A stretch of 64,000 nt of DNA from a virus (Duplodnaviria; Caudoviricetes): positions 79,156 to 143,155 of the IMG/VR virus record IMGVR_UViG_3300037067_003476; one strand, written 5' to 3'. This document shows, one piece after another, positions 41,481 to 52,115 of this stretch (positions are counted from its first letter, which is position 1; every line of letters begins with the position of its first letter). The notes below the pieces were generated by a model that saw nothing but the letters and a program-made list of their open reading frames with translations, ran no database searches and was not told where the DNA came from. Made by a program: the position numbers and the translations under genes.

Positions 41481-42483
41481 TCACTGTGTAAGCATCGTCG
41501 AGATAGATAAAATAGAACCACACCCCAATGCTGATGCGCTTGAAATTGTAAGAATAAAGGGGTGGCAAACCTGTGTCAGGTTGGGTGATTTTAGCGTTGG
41601 CGACAAGGCAATCTGGATAGAGCCGGATTACAACGTACCGTTGAGCAATCCCTTATTCTCGTTCCTAAAAAATAAGGACAATGAAGGTAGGACATTTGAG
41701 CGGATACGTGTCCGCAAACTGCGAAAAGTCATTAGCCAGGGGCTTCTGATTAAAGTTCCAGATGAATTAAGTCGTTTTCCTGTCGGGTCGAATGTTGTAG
41801 ACCTATTGGGGATAGAACGATACGAACCACCAATGCCAACATCTAGCTATGCCTCATTTGATAGCTGCCCATCAGATCTTTATGTACCAGTGTTTGATGT
41901 CGAGAACTGGCAAAACTATCCAGATGTTTTTACCAACAAAGAACCAGTAATTATTGGCGAAAAGCTACACGGATCTAGTTCTAGATACGTTTGGTCAACA
42001 GACAAAAACGGTGTCGCACGATTCTTTATGGGCAGCAGAAAGAACTGGGTAAAAGACGATAACAAAAACTGGTGGTGCGTAACGGCAAAACAACATCCGG
42101 AAATTGAGCAATGGTGTCGACTGCATCCGGATACAATCCTGTATGGAGAAATATACGGACCAACACAGTATCTTAAATATGGAACAAAACCCGGTGAGTT
42201 CAAATTTGCTTGCTTTGCAATGCTTAATGATGGTGCATGGATAGACTACGATGAATGTGTTAGGCTACTGATAAACAGTGGAATCGATATGGTCCCACTC
42301 ATTTATAGGGGTGAGTTGAATATCGGCGATCTTGAGTCACTGTCAGAGGGAAATTCAACTCTTGCTCCTCATATACGAGAGGGTATAGTCATTATTCCAG
42401 AACACGAAAGACAGTGCGATCAGTTGCCAAATAATAGAGTGTGTTTGAAAGTCGTCTCGTCTCAATATCTGGCGAAGTCATGA
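41473..42483 (+). CDS. RNA ligase (Rnl2/DRB0094-like)
   Basis: N-terminal IEPHPNADALE OB-like domain; EKLHGS, YGEIYG, REGIVI and terminal LK motifs. Confidence 0.9.
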   Translation: MSNHCVSIVEIDKIEPHPNADALEIVRIKGWQTCVRLGDFSVGDKAIWIEPDYNVPLSNPLFSFLKNKDNEGRTFERIRVRKLRKVISQGLLIKVPDELSRFPVGSNVVDLLGIERYEPPMPTSSYASFDSCPSDLYVPVFDVENWQNYPDVFTNKEPVIIGEKLHGSSSRYVWSTDKNGVARFFMGSRKNWVKDDNKNWWCVTAKQHPEIEQWCRLHPDTILYGEIYGPTQYLKYGTKPGEFKFACFAMLNDGAWIDYDECVRLLINSGIDMVPLIYRGELNIGDLESLSEGNSTLAPHIREGIVIIPEHERQCDQLPNNRVCLKVVSSQYLAKS

Positions 42484-43070
42484 GCATACACAGGATCAAA
42501 GTAAAAAAGGTGATCAGGAAAAAGCCGATTGCCAAACCCAATGTAAGGCGTATTAGTAACCTAGACATAATTCCTATTATCAAGTCCGCAATAAGAAATG
42601 ATATATCAACAATTCTCGATATTGGTTGCGGTATGCTGTATCCGCCTTTCGATGCGCCTGGGCACGACATATTGGGGTCGTGTTTCGCACAATACCAAAT
42701 AACAGGGATAGATGCCTGCCAAACCTGTATTGATTGGCGATTAAAAAACGGCCCACCAGGAAACTATTATTTGCAGGACGCAAAATGTCTGGGTTCTGAT
42801 CAATGTTTTGATTTAGTCGTAGCCCATCATGTGATTGAGCATATGACCAAAGAGGATGGGCAACAACTAATTAACAAGATAGAACAGATAGCCACCAAAC
42901 AGATAATCATTGGCGCTCCGATTGGATTTTCAGACAATAGTGGTATGGAGAAGAAAAGACAAAATCCATACGAAAAACATTTGTGTGGATGGGAACCCGA
43001 GGAATTTGATAAACTAGGATATAAGGTAACTCGAATATATAATGTGTTTTTAGCAACAAAGGATAAATGA
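42480..43070 (+). CDS. Class I SAM-dependent methyltransferase
   Basis: ILDIGCG, FDLVVAHHVIEH. Confidence 0.85.
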   Translation: MSIHRIKVKKVIRKKPIAKPNVRRISNLDIIPIIKSAIRNDISTILDIGCGMLYPPFDAPGHDILGSCFAQYQITGIDACQTCIDWRLKNGPPGNYYLQDAKCLGSDQCFDLVVAHHVIEHMTKEDGQQLINKIEQIATKQIIIGAPIGFSDNSGMEKKRQNPYEKHLCGWEPEEFDKLGYKVTRIYNVFLATKDK

Positions 43071-43271
43071 TGGCGGTCCACAAAATGAGTAACGATAAGA
43101 AGCCCCACATAATTATCTGTCTAGCAAACGCGGATACATATTAAATGAATTTATCGATAAGATAGCTAAAACATTTGGTGGATCACAATGAAAATATCGT
43201 ATATATCAAAGAAGTTTAATAAGAGCAGTCTTTCTGTTATAGAACAAACCAATAGTATTGTCGAGGGATAA

Positions 43272-43788
43272 AATGACTAGTGGACAAGAATTGTCAAATA
43301 AGATTATCGAAGTAGTCTGCGTACCAGCGGAAAATAGTGGTACTGAATGGTGGATAGGACTAAATACGCATAACGGATTCTGGGATACAAGTTGTGGATC
43401 ACAAAAAATCGCAGAAACATGCGCGAACAGGGCTCGTGACGAACTAGCAACAATCATCGATAAACTTTTACCAATGAATACGTATCAGGATTTGGCCAAA
43501 CAAACCGCTGTTTATCCGGACATAGGCCGCAATTTGATATACACGATTCTGGGGCTCGTAGGAGAAAGTGGCGAACTTGCAGAAAAAATGAAAAAAGCCA
43601 TTCGTGACAACGGGGGTAATGTAGACACAGAAACAATGGTTAAAGAGTTGGGGGATGTTCTATGGTACGTGGCCATGATTGCAAGCGAACTCGGACTAAC
43701 CCTACAGGAAGTTGCACAAAAGAATGTCGACAAGTTACGGGACCGTCGAAAAAGAAATGTATTGCACGGATCTGGGGATAATCGTTAA
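43272..43788 (+). CDS. MazG-like nucleotide pyrophosphohydrolase with N-terminal extension
   Basis: LGLVGESGELAEKMKK...KELGDVLWY...GSGDNR; start position uncertain. Confidence 0.85.
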
Positions 43789-43818
43789 ACTGAATAATCA
43801 GTCGCGTATACTACTATT

Positions 43819-44199
43819 GTGATGTGTCCAGTCAGTGTGATGATAAGGTGTGTCTGCGTCGGGAAAAAAGCCGCCTCTTATGCCAATGTGAGGCGAGCCA
43901 AATTATGCGCCATAGCCGTTACCCTTAGCGGTAGGGTAGTGGCTGTGGCCCATAACCGCAGAACTGACGGGGACAAAAATCGTTGGACAGAACACGCAGA
44001 AGAATGCTTGATTAGAAAGATCAAAAGAACTAAAGCTATTGAGCGTTTTGGTAAACTCATTTTGTTAGTGATGAGAATCAATACTCGTGGACTAGTCATG
44101 GCCAAACCATGTGCAAGATGTCAGTCCATGATTGCTAAACTCGGCAACAATATTACTGTCTACTATACAGATAATGAAGGGAAAATAACTAGGCTATGA
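43819..44199 (+). CDS. Cytidine/deoxycytidylate deaminase-fold protein
   Basis: HAE...KPCARC zinc motif. Confidence 0.8.
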   Translation: MMCPVSVMIRCVCVGKKAASYANVRRAKLCAIAVTLSGRVVAVAHNRRTDGDKNRWTEHAEECLIRKIKRTKAIERFGKLILLVMRINTRGLVMAKPCARCQSMIAKLGNNITVYYTDNEGKITRL

Positions 44200-45263
44200 T
44201 ACGAGCGATAGACACTAATACTCATTTGACTTTCAATGATGTTCTGCTTGAACCATATGATTTAGATATATGCGCTATTCCGTCTCGCAGTGCTCCTGAT
44301 ATATCAACTAAGATAAGTTCAAACCTGTTTCTAGATGTACCTATCGTGTCATCACCCATGGATAGTATAACCGGCGTAGATATGGCCATAGCAATGTCTA
44401 ATGCTGGTGGCATGGGAATATATACCAGACACATTAATGATGAATACGAAGAACAAAAACAGTGTATTGCAGTACAAAGAATACGCGAATCAGTTGGTGT
44501 GGATGGTGTTGTCGCATGCGCTATTGGCGTAAAATGTGATATTGTTAAAAGAACAGAATTACTGCATAAGCACGGATCAATTAATGCCATATGTTTAGAC
44601 ATAGCTAATGGTAATCATATCTTTATGATAAATGCAATTAGGAGTCTTTTGCCACTTAAGGACAAGTATGGCATTACAATTATTGCTGGTAATGTTGCAA
44701 CACCAATGGCTGCGATAAGATTGGCCAATGCCGGTGCCGACTCAATTCGCGTAGGAATCGGGCCTGGCGCAGCGTGTACTACGCGACGAATAACTGGATT
44801 TGGCGTTCCTCAATTTTCTGCTATATTAGATTGTGCAAATGCACTAGAAAATAAAAATGTAACAATCATAGCAGATGGCGGAATCCGTTTTCCCGGAGAC
44901 GCTATTAAGGGTTTATGGGCTGGTGCCAGTGCCATAATGATGGGATATGTTTTAGCAGGACATCGAGAATGTCCAAAAATTAGCGATGTTCCATGGAAAG
45001 CTGTTGATATCCCAAGACGAATATATAGGGGAATGTCAAGTAGGAATGTAAGTAGAAGATTTGACGTAACGGCGGAAGGAGTAAGTTTCGATATTCCAGA
45101 GAAAGGGAAGGTTGGAGATACAATTCTTGAGTACGAAGGCTCGATAAAATCTGCGTGTACATATGCTAATGCCATGGATCTAAATGGACTACGCAATAAC
45201 GTTCGCGCCATCAGGGTGTCAACAATGAGCCAACAAGAATCAGATCCTATTAGAGGAGAATGA
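44196..45263 (+). CDS. IMP dehydrogenase/GMP reductase family (no CBS domains)
   Basis: SSPMDS, AGNVAT, GIGPGAACTTR, IADGGIR, YRGMSS. Confidence 0.9.
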   Translation: MIRAIDTNTHLTFNDVLLEPYDLDICAIPSRSAPDISTKISSNLFLDVPIVSSPMDSITGVDMAIAMSNAGGMGIYTRHINDEYEEQKQCIAVQRIRESVGVDGVVACAIGVKCDIVKRTELLHKHGSINAICLDIANGNHIFMINAIRSLLPLKDKYGITIIAGNVATPMAAIRLANAGADSIRVGIGPGAACTTRRITGFGVPQFSAILDCANALENKNVTIIADGGIRFPGDAIKGLWAGASAIMMGYVLAGHRECPKISDVPWKAVDIPRRIYRGMSSRNVSRRFDVTAEGVSFDIPEKGKVGDTILEYEGSIKSACTYANAMDLNGLRNNVRAIRVSTMSQQESDPIRGE

Positions 45264-45519
45264 AATGAGACAATTAATTATGGATTGGACCTATTACTAC
45301 CCGCTTATCATAACACGAGATTTTGTCGGATTGACAGGTCTCGCATTGGCACATGTCTTTTGTGTGTTAGACGATAAGGCCGAGCGATACGAAAGGGAAA
45401 GTTTTTGGGGGCGCAAATGATAATAGCATATGTATTGTCTATATATTACGCGTTGTTGTGGCTAATATTCCTTGGTGGAGACGGCCCATGGTCTCCCAAT
45501 TTCTTTTGAAGGTATCGTC

Positions 45520-46176
45520 ATGAAGATAGTAAAACCTAGTGTGGAATTGATATCTATCACTCCTGATGCTGAAAAACTAATCGAACGCGCAGGACGAACA
45601 TGTTATAAAAGCGAAGACAAAATAATCGGCGGATCTGCCGCTAAGTTTATCAAAATGATTCTTGAGAGAGGGCATGAGTCGGTAATTGAACATGCATCGG
45701 CGTCGTTCAAAATAGTTTCAGATCGCGGCGTACTAAATGAGGTAGTCAGACATAGAATTGCAAGCTATAGTCAAACCAGCACTAGATATGTTAATTACTC
45801 CAATGGTAAATTTAATAAAGAAATTTCTGTGATCGAACCGCCAGGATTATCACAATGTTACGATCCAAGATTTCATGGTTGTATTAGAACAGACCTGTCA
45901 TGTTGTCCATGGCACTCGTGGTCAGCATCTGTTCAAAGAGCCGAGGATTCGTATATGCAAATGATAGATCAAGGAATGTCTCCACAAATAGCCCGTTCTG
46001 TTTTACCATTATGTCTAGCAAGCGAACTGATTATGACCGCTAATATGAGGGAATGGCGTCACTTCATTAAACTGCGAACATCTAAGGCTGCACATCCACA
46101 AATGATAGAGATTGCAACAATGATTCGAGATAAGCTTATTGAAGTTGCCCCGAGCGTGTTTGGAGATCTAGCATGA
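45520..46176 (+). CDS. thyX: Flavin-dependent thymidylate synthase
   Basis: GHESVIEH, RHRIASYSQTSTRY, ARSVLP. Confidence 0.93.
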   Translation: MKIVKPSVELISITPDAEKLIERAGRTCYKSEDKIIGGSAAKFIKMILERGHESVIEHASASFKIVSDRGVLNEVVRHRIASYSQTSTRYVNYSNGKFNKEISVIEPPGLSQCYDPRFHGCIRTDLSCCPWHSWSASVQRAEDSYMQMIDQGMSPQIARSVLPLCLASELIMTANMREWRHFIKLRTSKAAHPQMIEIATMIRDKLIEVAPSVFGDLA

Positions 46177-46646
46177 TAGAAATCCTCGTTGGTGTTCCAG
46201 GGTGTGGAAAAAGCACATATGCAAAATCCAAAGCTAGGATTGGATGGATAGTTGTGGATTTAGACGCCATAGTAACTATGTTGCATGGTGGTGATTACAC
46301 GCAATACGACGAAAATCTTAATGGACTATATAAAGCGATACAGAACAATATTATCCAATCGGCATTGCTAGCTCATTTAGATATAGTTGTGGATAGGTGT
46401 AACAATCTTTCAAGCACTAGAAGGCAAATCATCGATCTGGCAAAACAGTTCAATGTCCCAGTCAACATTATTTATTGGCCATATTGCGACGAAAATTTTG
46501 ACTTACTTCTATCAAGGCGTATGAAAAATAGCCGTGGGTACGACAAACGAAGGTGGTCGGAAGTCATTCTTAGAATTGGTAATGCCATGGAACCGCCGAC
46601 AGATCAAGAGGTAGAAAGTGTGTGTGGACATGTATATATCGCATAA
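46173..46646 (+). CDS. P-loop kinase (polynucleotide-kinase-like, AAA_33)
   Basis: GVPGCGKST, IVVDRCN....R. Confidence 0.8.
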   Translation: MIEILVGVPGCGKSTYAKSKARIGWIVVDLDAIVTMLHGGDYTQYDENLNGLYKAIQNNIIQSALLAHLDIVVDRCNNLSSTRRQIIDLAKQFNVPVNIIYWPYCDENFDLLLSRRMKNSRGYDKRRWSEVILRIGNAMEPPTDQEVESVCGHVYIA

Positions 46647-46722
46647 TCGCGAAATTCAAACTGCGTAAGCGAGTATACATTGATGTGTCTGTGTAGTAGT
46701 CAAAACAAAGAGGAGTCCTGTA

Positions 46723-47658
46723 GTGTTGAAAAATCTTGTGTCAAAACTAGCCTTCGGTTTTCTTTTTATCCTGGTCGTAATTGGCGCGTCACCTTTTCTC
46801 GGACTAGCGATCCTAGAATTCGCGAATAATCTTGAGTCATCACAACCACTATCAAAGGTATCTACCGATATAGTCAATGATATCGCCGAATTATCGGTAA
46901 CAATAGATACTGGTTCGGCACAGGGTTCGGGGGTTATTATTAATCGTGGTAAGTATAGTTTTGTCTTGACGGCAGGACATGTGATTAGCGATTCTAAGAC
47001 AATTAGGAGAACAATCAACGACTGTGATGTGATTGAATTCGACGACGTTAACGTGTTACGAGACATATCGTCATATGGTCGAAAGGTAGGTCAAACATCA
47101 GTCGCCGCCAAGGTTGTATGCTATTCGGACCCAACATATGGCGAAGACTTAGCAATATTGCTCGTTCGACAAGAAGGTTTCTCGTATAAGGCAATTGAGT
47201 TTTGCGATACAGATAGCGTACCACAATACGGAGCTAAACTATATCACGTTGGTTCGTTTAAGGGGAAAAGCGGGTCTAATAGTTTGTCTGACGGCCTCAT
47301 TAGTTACATAGGGAGGGTCTATAACGGCAGTGTTTACGACCAAACTTCGTGTACCGCATTTCCAGGTTCTAGCGGTGGCGGCATGTTCATACGAGATACC
47401 GGGAAGTATGTTGGCATGATCGTGCTTGGTAGTGGGGAAACCTACAACCTTATTGTTCCGGTTCGCCGAATTAAGAAGTGGGTAGACAATATTGGTATGA
47501 GTTTTCTGTTAGACCCAACACTACCGGTCCCAAACGAGGACGCATTGTCTCTGGTTCCAATTGAGTATCCGACAAGCGAGAACAAAGTGGATTCCGAGAT
47601 AGATGTATTTGATACAAGCGAAAACGAAGGCTTTAAGAGGCTACCATATATCGAGTGA
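46723..47658 (+). CDS. Membrane-anchored trypsin-like serine protease
   Basis: N-terminal TM; LTAGHV, DLAIL, PGSSGGG triad. Confidence 0.88.
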   Translation: MLKNLVSKLAFGFLFILVVIGASPFLGLAILEFANNLESSQPLSKVSTDIVNDIAELSVTIDTGSAQGSGVIINRGKYSFVLTAGHVISDSKTIRRTINDCDVIEFDDVNVLRDISSYGRKVGQTSVAAKVVCYSDPTYGEDLAILLVRQEGFSYKAIEFCDTDSVPQYGAKLYHVGSFKGKSGSNSLSDGLISYIGRVYNGSVYDQTSCTAFPGSSGGGMFIRDTGKYVGMIVLGSGETYNLIVPVRRIKKWVDNIGMSFLLDPTLPVPNEDALSLVPIEYPTSENKVDSEIDVFDTSENEGFKRLPYIE

Positions 47659-47812
47659 ACGATGAGATACGAAATAGACAAAAGTAATCACAAAGAATAC
47701 ACAAAGTGCAGTATTTGTGGTAGGCAAATAAAGCCGTGGGAAATCACTAGGGTGGATGGTAGACCAGTGTGTAGAAAGTGTTTCGAGGAAAATAACGAAG
47801 AGGACGACGGAT

Positions 47813-48493
47813 ATGAACAAGGCCGATTTCGTTAAGATAACAGACTATACGCTACTATCGCCAGCAGCAACGTATCATGAGATTCGTCAATTATGTGACG
47901 AAGCAAGTAGGATAGGTTTCGGGGCAATATGTGTGCATCCGACACACGTATTGAAATGCAGTGGTTTTCTTGCAAAATCGCCGGTGCGCATCTGCTGTGT
48001 CGTTGGTTTTCCAATGGGTGCAAATCATCAGTCTACCAAGATTCGAGAAGCTGTACGGGCAATTAATGACGGTGCAACAGAAATCGATATGGTCATTAAT
48101 CTCGGCAAGTTGGTTAGTGGGGATACATTATCGGTAGCAAAAGAAATAGAACTTATATCGAATGAAGTACATAGCGCCGCCAAAACCAACGTACTTAAGG
48201 TAATCATAGAATCAGCCGCCCTCACAAGGAATCAAGTTATCGACGCGTGCCAATGTGCGGTTTATGGTGTCGCAGATTTTGTGAAGACATCGACTGGGTT
48301 TCACCCCGCTGGCGGTGCATCAGCAAATGATGTGTTACTAATTAAATCCCATTGCGAAAATCTTGGTGTCAAGGCGTCTGGCGGAATAAAAACATTGGTA
48401 GATGTAAGGGTCATGATAGCGGCTGGTGCGTCTAGGCTCGGTATCGGCCGTAATAGTAGTTTGGCAATACTAAAGGAATTTGAGCAGCAATGA
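47813..48493 (+). CDS. deoC: Deoxyribose-phosphate aldolase
   Basis: VVGFPMG, GATEIDMV, KVIIES, DFVKTSTGF, VKASGGI. Confidence 0.93.
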   Translation: MNKADFVKITDYTLLSPAATYHEIRQLCDEASRIGFGAICVHPTHVLKCSGFLAKSPVRICCVVGFPMGANHQSTKIREAVRAINDGATEIDMVINLGKLVSGDTLSVAKEIELISNEVHSAAKTNVLKVIIESAALTRNQVIDACQCAVYGVADFVKTSTGFHPAGGASANDVLLIKSHCENLGVKASGGIKTLVDVRVMIAAGASRLGIGRNSSLAILKEFEQQ

Positions 48494-48705
48494 CATATCC
48501 GACAATAGACGAGGTTTACGCCGCTGATCAACGAAAACTTGGTATCTGGTATAGATTTCTTCCATCTCCTGGACAATCTGCCGTTGGAACTAAAAACTTC
48601 GGAAACCAACTACGGTCAGAGGGACATATTATGGATGTTATATGTTATAGATTTAGAGCGATGGGTGGTATGACTCCAGCATTGAGCAAGGAAATCGGAT
48701 GGTAA
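48490..48705 (+). CDS. Hypothetical protein
   Basis: WYRFLPSPG...GGMTPALSKEIGW; overlapping-operon ORF. Confidence 0.6.
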   Translation: MTYPTIDEVYAADQRKLGIWYRFLPSPGQSAVGTKNFGNQLRSEGHIMDVICYRFRAMGGMTPALSKEIGW

Positions 48706-49385
48706 CAAAAAGGGCATTTGTCGCATGCACCAACCCGTTAACCGGGCAGTGGCTCCCTATAGGTATCTTGTCGCACGACGGAAAAGTATTTAGTTTTTGT
48801 TACACCAATGGGATAAAGTTCTGCGATGGTTTTTACCTACCAGGATTCAATGACCCGCTAGAGACATATGAGTCGGACGAACTGTTCCCTATATTTACCA
48901 ATAGGATTCTTTCGCCGTCAAGACCAGAGTTCGCTGATGTGCTAAGGTGGTGCGACCTACCACCAGACGCCGATCAATTAACGATACTGACGCGCACTGG
49001 GGGGAGAAGGGTCACCGACACGCTGGAGGTATTCCCCGACATAGATGTAGATCCAATTAACGGCGTATACTCCAGCACTTTCTTTATTCGTCGGGCCAAT
49101 CAAATAGTCCTTAATAGTCTTGACAAAAACAAACAATACAAAGTAACTATCGATCAGAATGGTGATAACTACGTAAGGCTATTACGAATTGACGGAAAAA
49201 TTATTGGGGAGTGCCCTATATATATAAGTGAATTATTTAACGAACAAACAAAGATTGAGATTGTCAAAATAAATTACGACTGTCCGGTATTAGCATTTTC
49301 TTTTTTGTGTAAAGTGTCGGTATCGCTACTAAAAAATAAACCATTCCAACATAAAATATTTGAGAAATACTCTTTGGAGATCTAA
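48699..49385 (+). CDS. HipA-N-terminal(HipS)-like/HIRAN-associated protein
   Basis: W.PIG.L....F.FCY...YESDELFPIFTNRILSPSRPEF...TGGRRVTDTLEVFP; degenerate HIRAN-like C-terminus. Confidence 0.6.
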   Translation: MVTKRAFVACTNPLTGQWLPIGILSHDGKVFSFCYTNGIKFCDGFYLPGFNDPLETYESDELFPIFTNRILSPSRPEFADVLRWCDLPPDADQLTILTRTGGRRVTDTLEVFPDIDVDPINGVYSSTFFIRRANQIVLNSLDKNKQYKVTIDQNGDNYVRLLRIDGKIIGECPIYISELFNEQTKIEIVKINYDCPVLAFSFLCKVSVSLLKNKPFQHKIFEKYSLEI

Positions 49386-49387
49386 TA

Positions 49388-49864
49388 GTGGATAACGAAA
49401 AACCAGTCTTGCTTCAGGGTAAAGTTTCTGTAGACAATCGTGGGTGCATATCCTTTGTTAACGACTTTGATATGAGCGATGTTAAGAGATTCTATATAGT
49501 CAAGAATCACCAGCCAAACTTTATTCGTGCGTGGCACGCGCACAGACGAGAACGAAAATACGTCATGGCAATTAGAGGTGCTGCGATAGTTGTTGCTATT
49601 CCGTTGTCTGAACTTGAAGTTGTCAATAATCATTTTCCAGAAGATATGATGGATGGAATGTATAACTTCACACAAGCTACTCTAAGCGGTGGTTCGCCAG
49701 CGATATTTTGTATCCCTCCTGGCTATGGAAATGGGTTCAAAACACTCACCCCGGACACAGAACTGATATTCTTTTCCAGTGCAACGCTCGAAGAATCAAA
49801 GAACGATGATATTCGGTTTAGCGCACAACTATGTAGGGACGCATTTGACGTAGAGGAAAGATGA
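49388..49864 (+). CDS. RmlC/FdtA-like cupin (nucleotide-sugar epimerase/isomerase)
   Basis: DNRG, IRAWHAH, IPPGYGNGFKTL. Confidence 0.8.
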   Translation: MDNEKPVLLQGKVSVDNRGCISFVNDFDMSDVKRFYIVKNHQPNFIRAWHAHRRERKYVMAIRGAAIVVAIPLSELEVVNNHFPEDMMDGMYNFTQATLSGGSPAIFCIPPGYGNGFKTLTPDTELIFFSSATLEESKNDDIRFSAQLCRDAFDVEER

Positions 49865-49865
49865 C

Positions 49866-50063
49866 ATGAAACAGTTCCCGGCAATTATTAGAATCATAAA
49901 AATCGATGATGAATACAGGGTGCAATTATGGGTAGACACCCAGGGCTTTACGATAGAGACCGGTGTATCTGAAAGTAATGCAAGATGGTTCGCCGACATG
50001 CTCTATAAGGCGATTAGCAAAACAGGGGCCGATGTTCTTGTTGAAGAAAGTGAAATAAAATGA
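49866..50063 (+). CDS. Hypothetical protein
   Basis: Operon-packed ORF. Confidence 0.5.
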   Translation: MKQFPAIIRIIKIDDEYRVQLWVDTQGFTIETGVSESNARWFADMLYKAISKTGADVLVEESEIK

Positions 50064-50707
50064 AAAAGGACTATACTGACATAACATTAATTCTTGACAG
50101 ATCAGGATCTATGAGAAGTGTCAAAGATGATACTATCGGTGGAGTCAATCAATATGTAGAGTCACAAAAAAACGGACCAGGAGAATGCAGGTTCTCTTTG
50201 ATACAATTCGATGACAGATACGAAGTGGTATATGACGGAAAATTAATCAATGAGGTCGAGCCATTAACTGAAGACACGTTTGTCCCACGTGGCTATACTA
50301 GGCTTCTCGATGCCATAGGAAAGACGGTTAATGATACTGGTCGTCGCCTAGCCAGTATGAGTGAGGGGAATAGGCCGGATAAGGTGATTATTGTAATAGT
50401 CACCGATGGAAACGAGAACTATAGTAAAGAGTTTTCCTGGGAACAAATCCGTAACATAGTGGATCATCAAAAGGTAACATACAATTGGGAGTTTGTTTTT
50501 GTAGGCGCAAATCAAGACGCGATATTGTCTGGCAATCAACTTGGTATTGGTCGTGATAGGTCGTTAAATTACACAGCAAATTCTATTGGCACACAAAGTC
50601 TTTATAAATCGCTGGCAACCAACACATTAGAGGTTCGATGTGGGGTGAAATCGGATATGTCATGGACAACAAACGACATAAGGGCTCAAAGCAATGCGTC
50701 GGCGTAA
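50060..50707 (+). CDS. von Willebrand factor A domain protein
   Basis: ILDRSGSM MIDAS, T.LLDAIG, VTDGNEN, FVGANQDA. Confidence 0.88.
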   Translation: MKKDYTDITLILDRSGSMRSVKDDTIGGVNQYVESQKNGPGECRFSLIQFDDRYEVVYDGKLINEVEPLTEDTFVPRGYTRLLDAIGKTVNDTGRRLASMSEGNRPDKVIIVIVTDGNENYSKEFSWEQIRNIVDHQKVTYNWEFVFVGANQDAILSGNQLGIGRDRSLNYTANSIGTQSLYKSLATNTLEVRCGVKSDMSWTTNDIRAQSNASA

Positions 50708-50826
50708 AGGGATAGATAGTATCTCTCTTTGCAAAATGTGTCTTGAAGAAAAAGAAGACACAATTACTTGTGTCTGTGGGATTGTGTTGTGTCAATCGTG
50801 TTATATCAAACACAAAGAGAAGTGTC

Positions 50827-51048
50827 ATGGACAAACCAGTAAACGGAAAAGGCGACAGGCCAAGACCAAAAAGTGTAACCGAAGAAGTGTTCGCAAAACG
50901 GTTCGATGATGCGTTCGGTCACAAGCCATCGTGGTTTGAGACAAGTGAACATAAAAAATTCTTAGAAGAAGTTGAAAAAGAGCGCAGAGAACAGGCACTA
51001 AGAGAATTGGTTAAACAAGGAGAACTTGATAATGATTACAAAGTTTAG
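50827..51048 (+). CDS. Hypothetical protein
   Basis: MDKPVNGKGDRPRP... Confidence 0.5.
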   Translation: MDKPVNGKGDRPRPKSVTEEVFAKRFDDAFGHKPSWFETSEHKKFLEEVEKERREQALRELVKQGELDNDYKV

Positions 51049-51217
51049 TCCCGGAGATATCGTTAGGTTCAAATCCGGTGGTCCTGCTATGACTATTGTG
51101 GGTAAGCAATCAGATGCAGTAAATGGATCATCTTATTTATGCGGGTGGTTTGATAAAGAAGAAAGATATAACTGCTGTTGGCTGTGCGTGGAGGGTATTA
51201 TCAAATGTCCTATGTAA
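51032..51217 (+). CDS. YodC/DUF2158-like small protein
   Basis: F.PGDIVRFKSGGPAMTI...CGWF. Confidence 0.75.
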   Translation: MITKFSPGDIVRFKSGGPAMTIVGKQSDAVNGSSYLCGWFDKEERYNCCWLCVEGIIKCPM

Positions 51218-51459
51218 CAATATGGGAAATCGGGAGCGAATCAAAACCAGTGACAAAGGATGATCTTGACCGATTCAAGAACTACATAACAACACACGAC
51301 GATATCTCTGTCGAGGATCTTGTGGATGAATTGTTGATAGACGTAAAAATACAAGGGATATGTCGTTCCGAAACAAAGTTACCGCAACACATGATTGTTG
51401 TCGTTGAAGAAACTGGAGTGCAATTCGATAAAGTTTCTTGCCATGGAAAAGATAGATGA
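51205..51459 (+). CDS. Hypothetical protein
   Basis: GGAGG RBS; MSYVTIWEIGS... Confidence 0.5.
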   Translation: MSYVTIWEIGSESKPVTKDDLDRFKNYITTHDDISVEDLVDELLIDVKIQGICRSETKLPQHMIVVVEETGVQFDKVSCHGKDR

Positions 51460-51601
51460 TTTACCTCGTGTTAGAATCGTCGTATTTCTATATAATTGAA
51501 ATACTGATATTCATGATCTTGATATGGATTTTGACATACTTTGGAATATAATGGATACGATATCGTTATCGGGAACAATAAATCCCAAGGAAACTAAACA
51601 T

Positions 51602-51823
51602 ATGAATAACCATCGCAGACCATTTCCTTGGAGATGTTTTGACTGTAAGACTTATACTGTATACGAATGTGTTATCAAGAATTTTGAGACAAAGGTTGGA
51701 GATCAAAGGGTAATTGTCCCGGAGTTTAGTGTCGCCAAATGCAGTACATGCGGAGGATTGCACATAGATATCTTTGCTGACAATCAGATAAGGAAGGCGT
51801 ATAACAATGTCAGACATCTGTAG
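51602..51823 (+). CDS. YgiT/MqsA-type Zn-finger protein
   Basis: RPFPWRCFDC...CSTCG; AAGGA RBS. Confidence 0.65.
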   Translation: MNNHRRPFPWRCFDCKTYTVYECVIKNFETKVGDQRVIVPEFSVAKCSTCGGLHIDIFADNQIRKAYNNVRHL

Positions 51824-52115
51824 GCCACGATGACATGTACTGGTAACAGTATATATAGATAAAGAATATATATCCAAATGTACTACAAACGGTTTTATAC
51901 AGGACTTATCACACGAACTTGCGCATGTGGAACAGTTCGTATCAGGTGGTATTTTAAGATGGATTTTCCGGACGTTACAGACTATTCGGTGGGCTGGCGG
52001 ATCACGCATTATCGCAAGACGAGAAAGAGCACCAAGTATTTGTTGCCCTGTACCCATCAATTGACAAATGGGGTAACTTGTTGAATGAAGCGTCAACCAT
52101 AGGAATATAGTAAAC

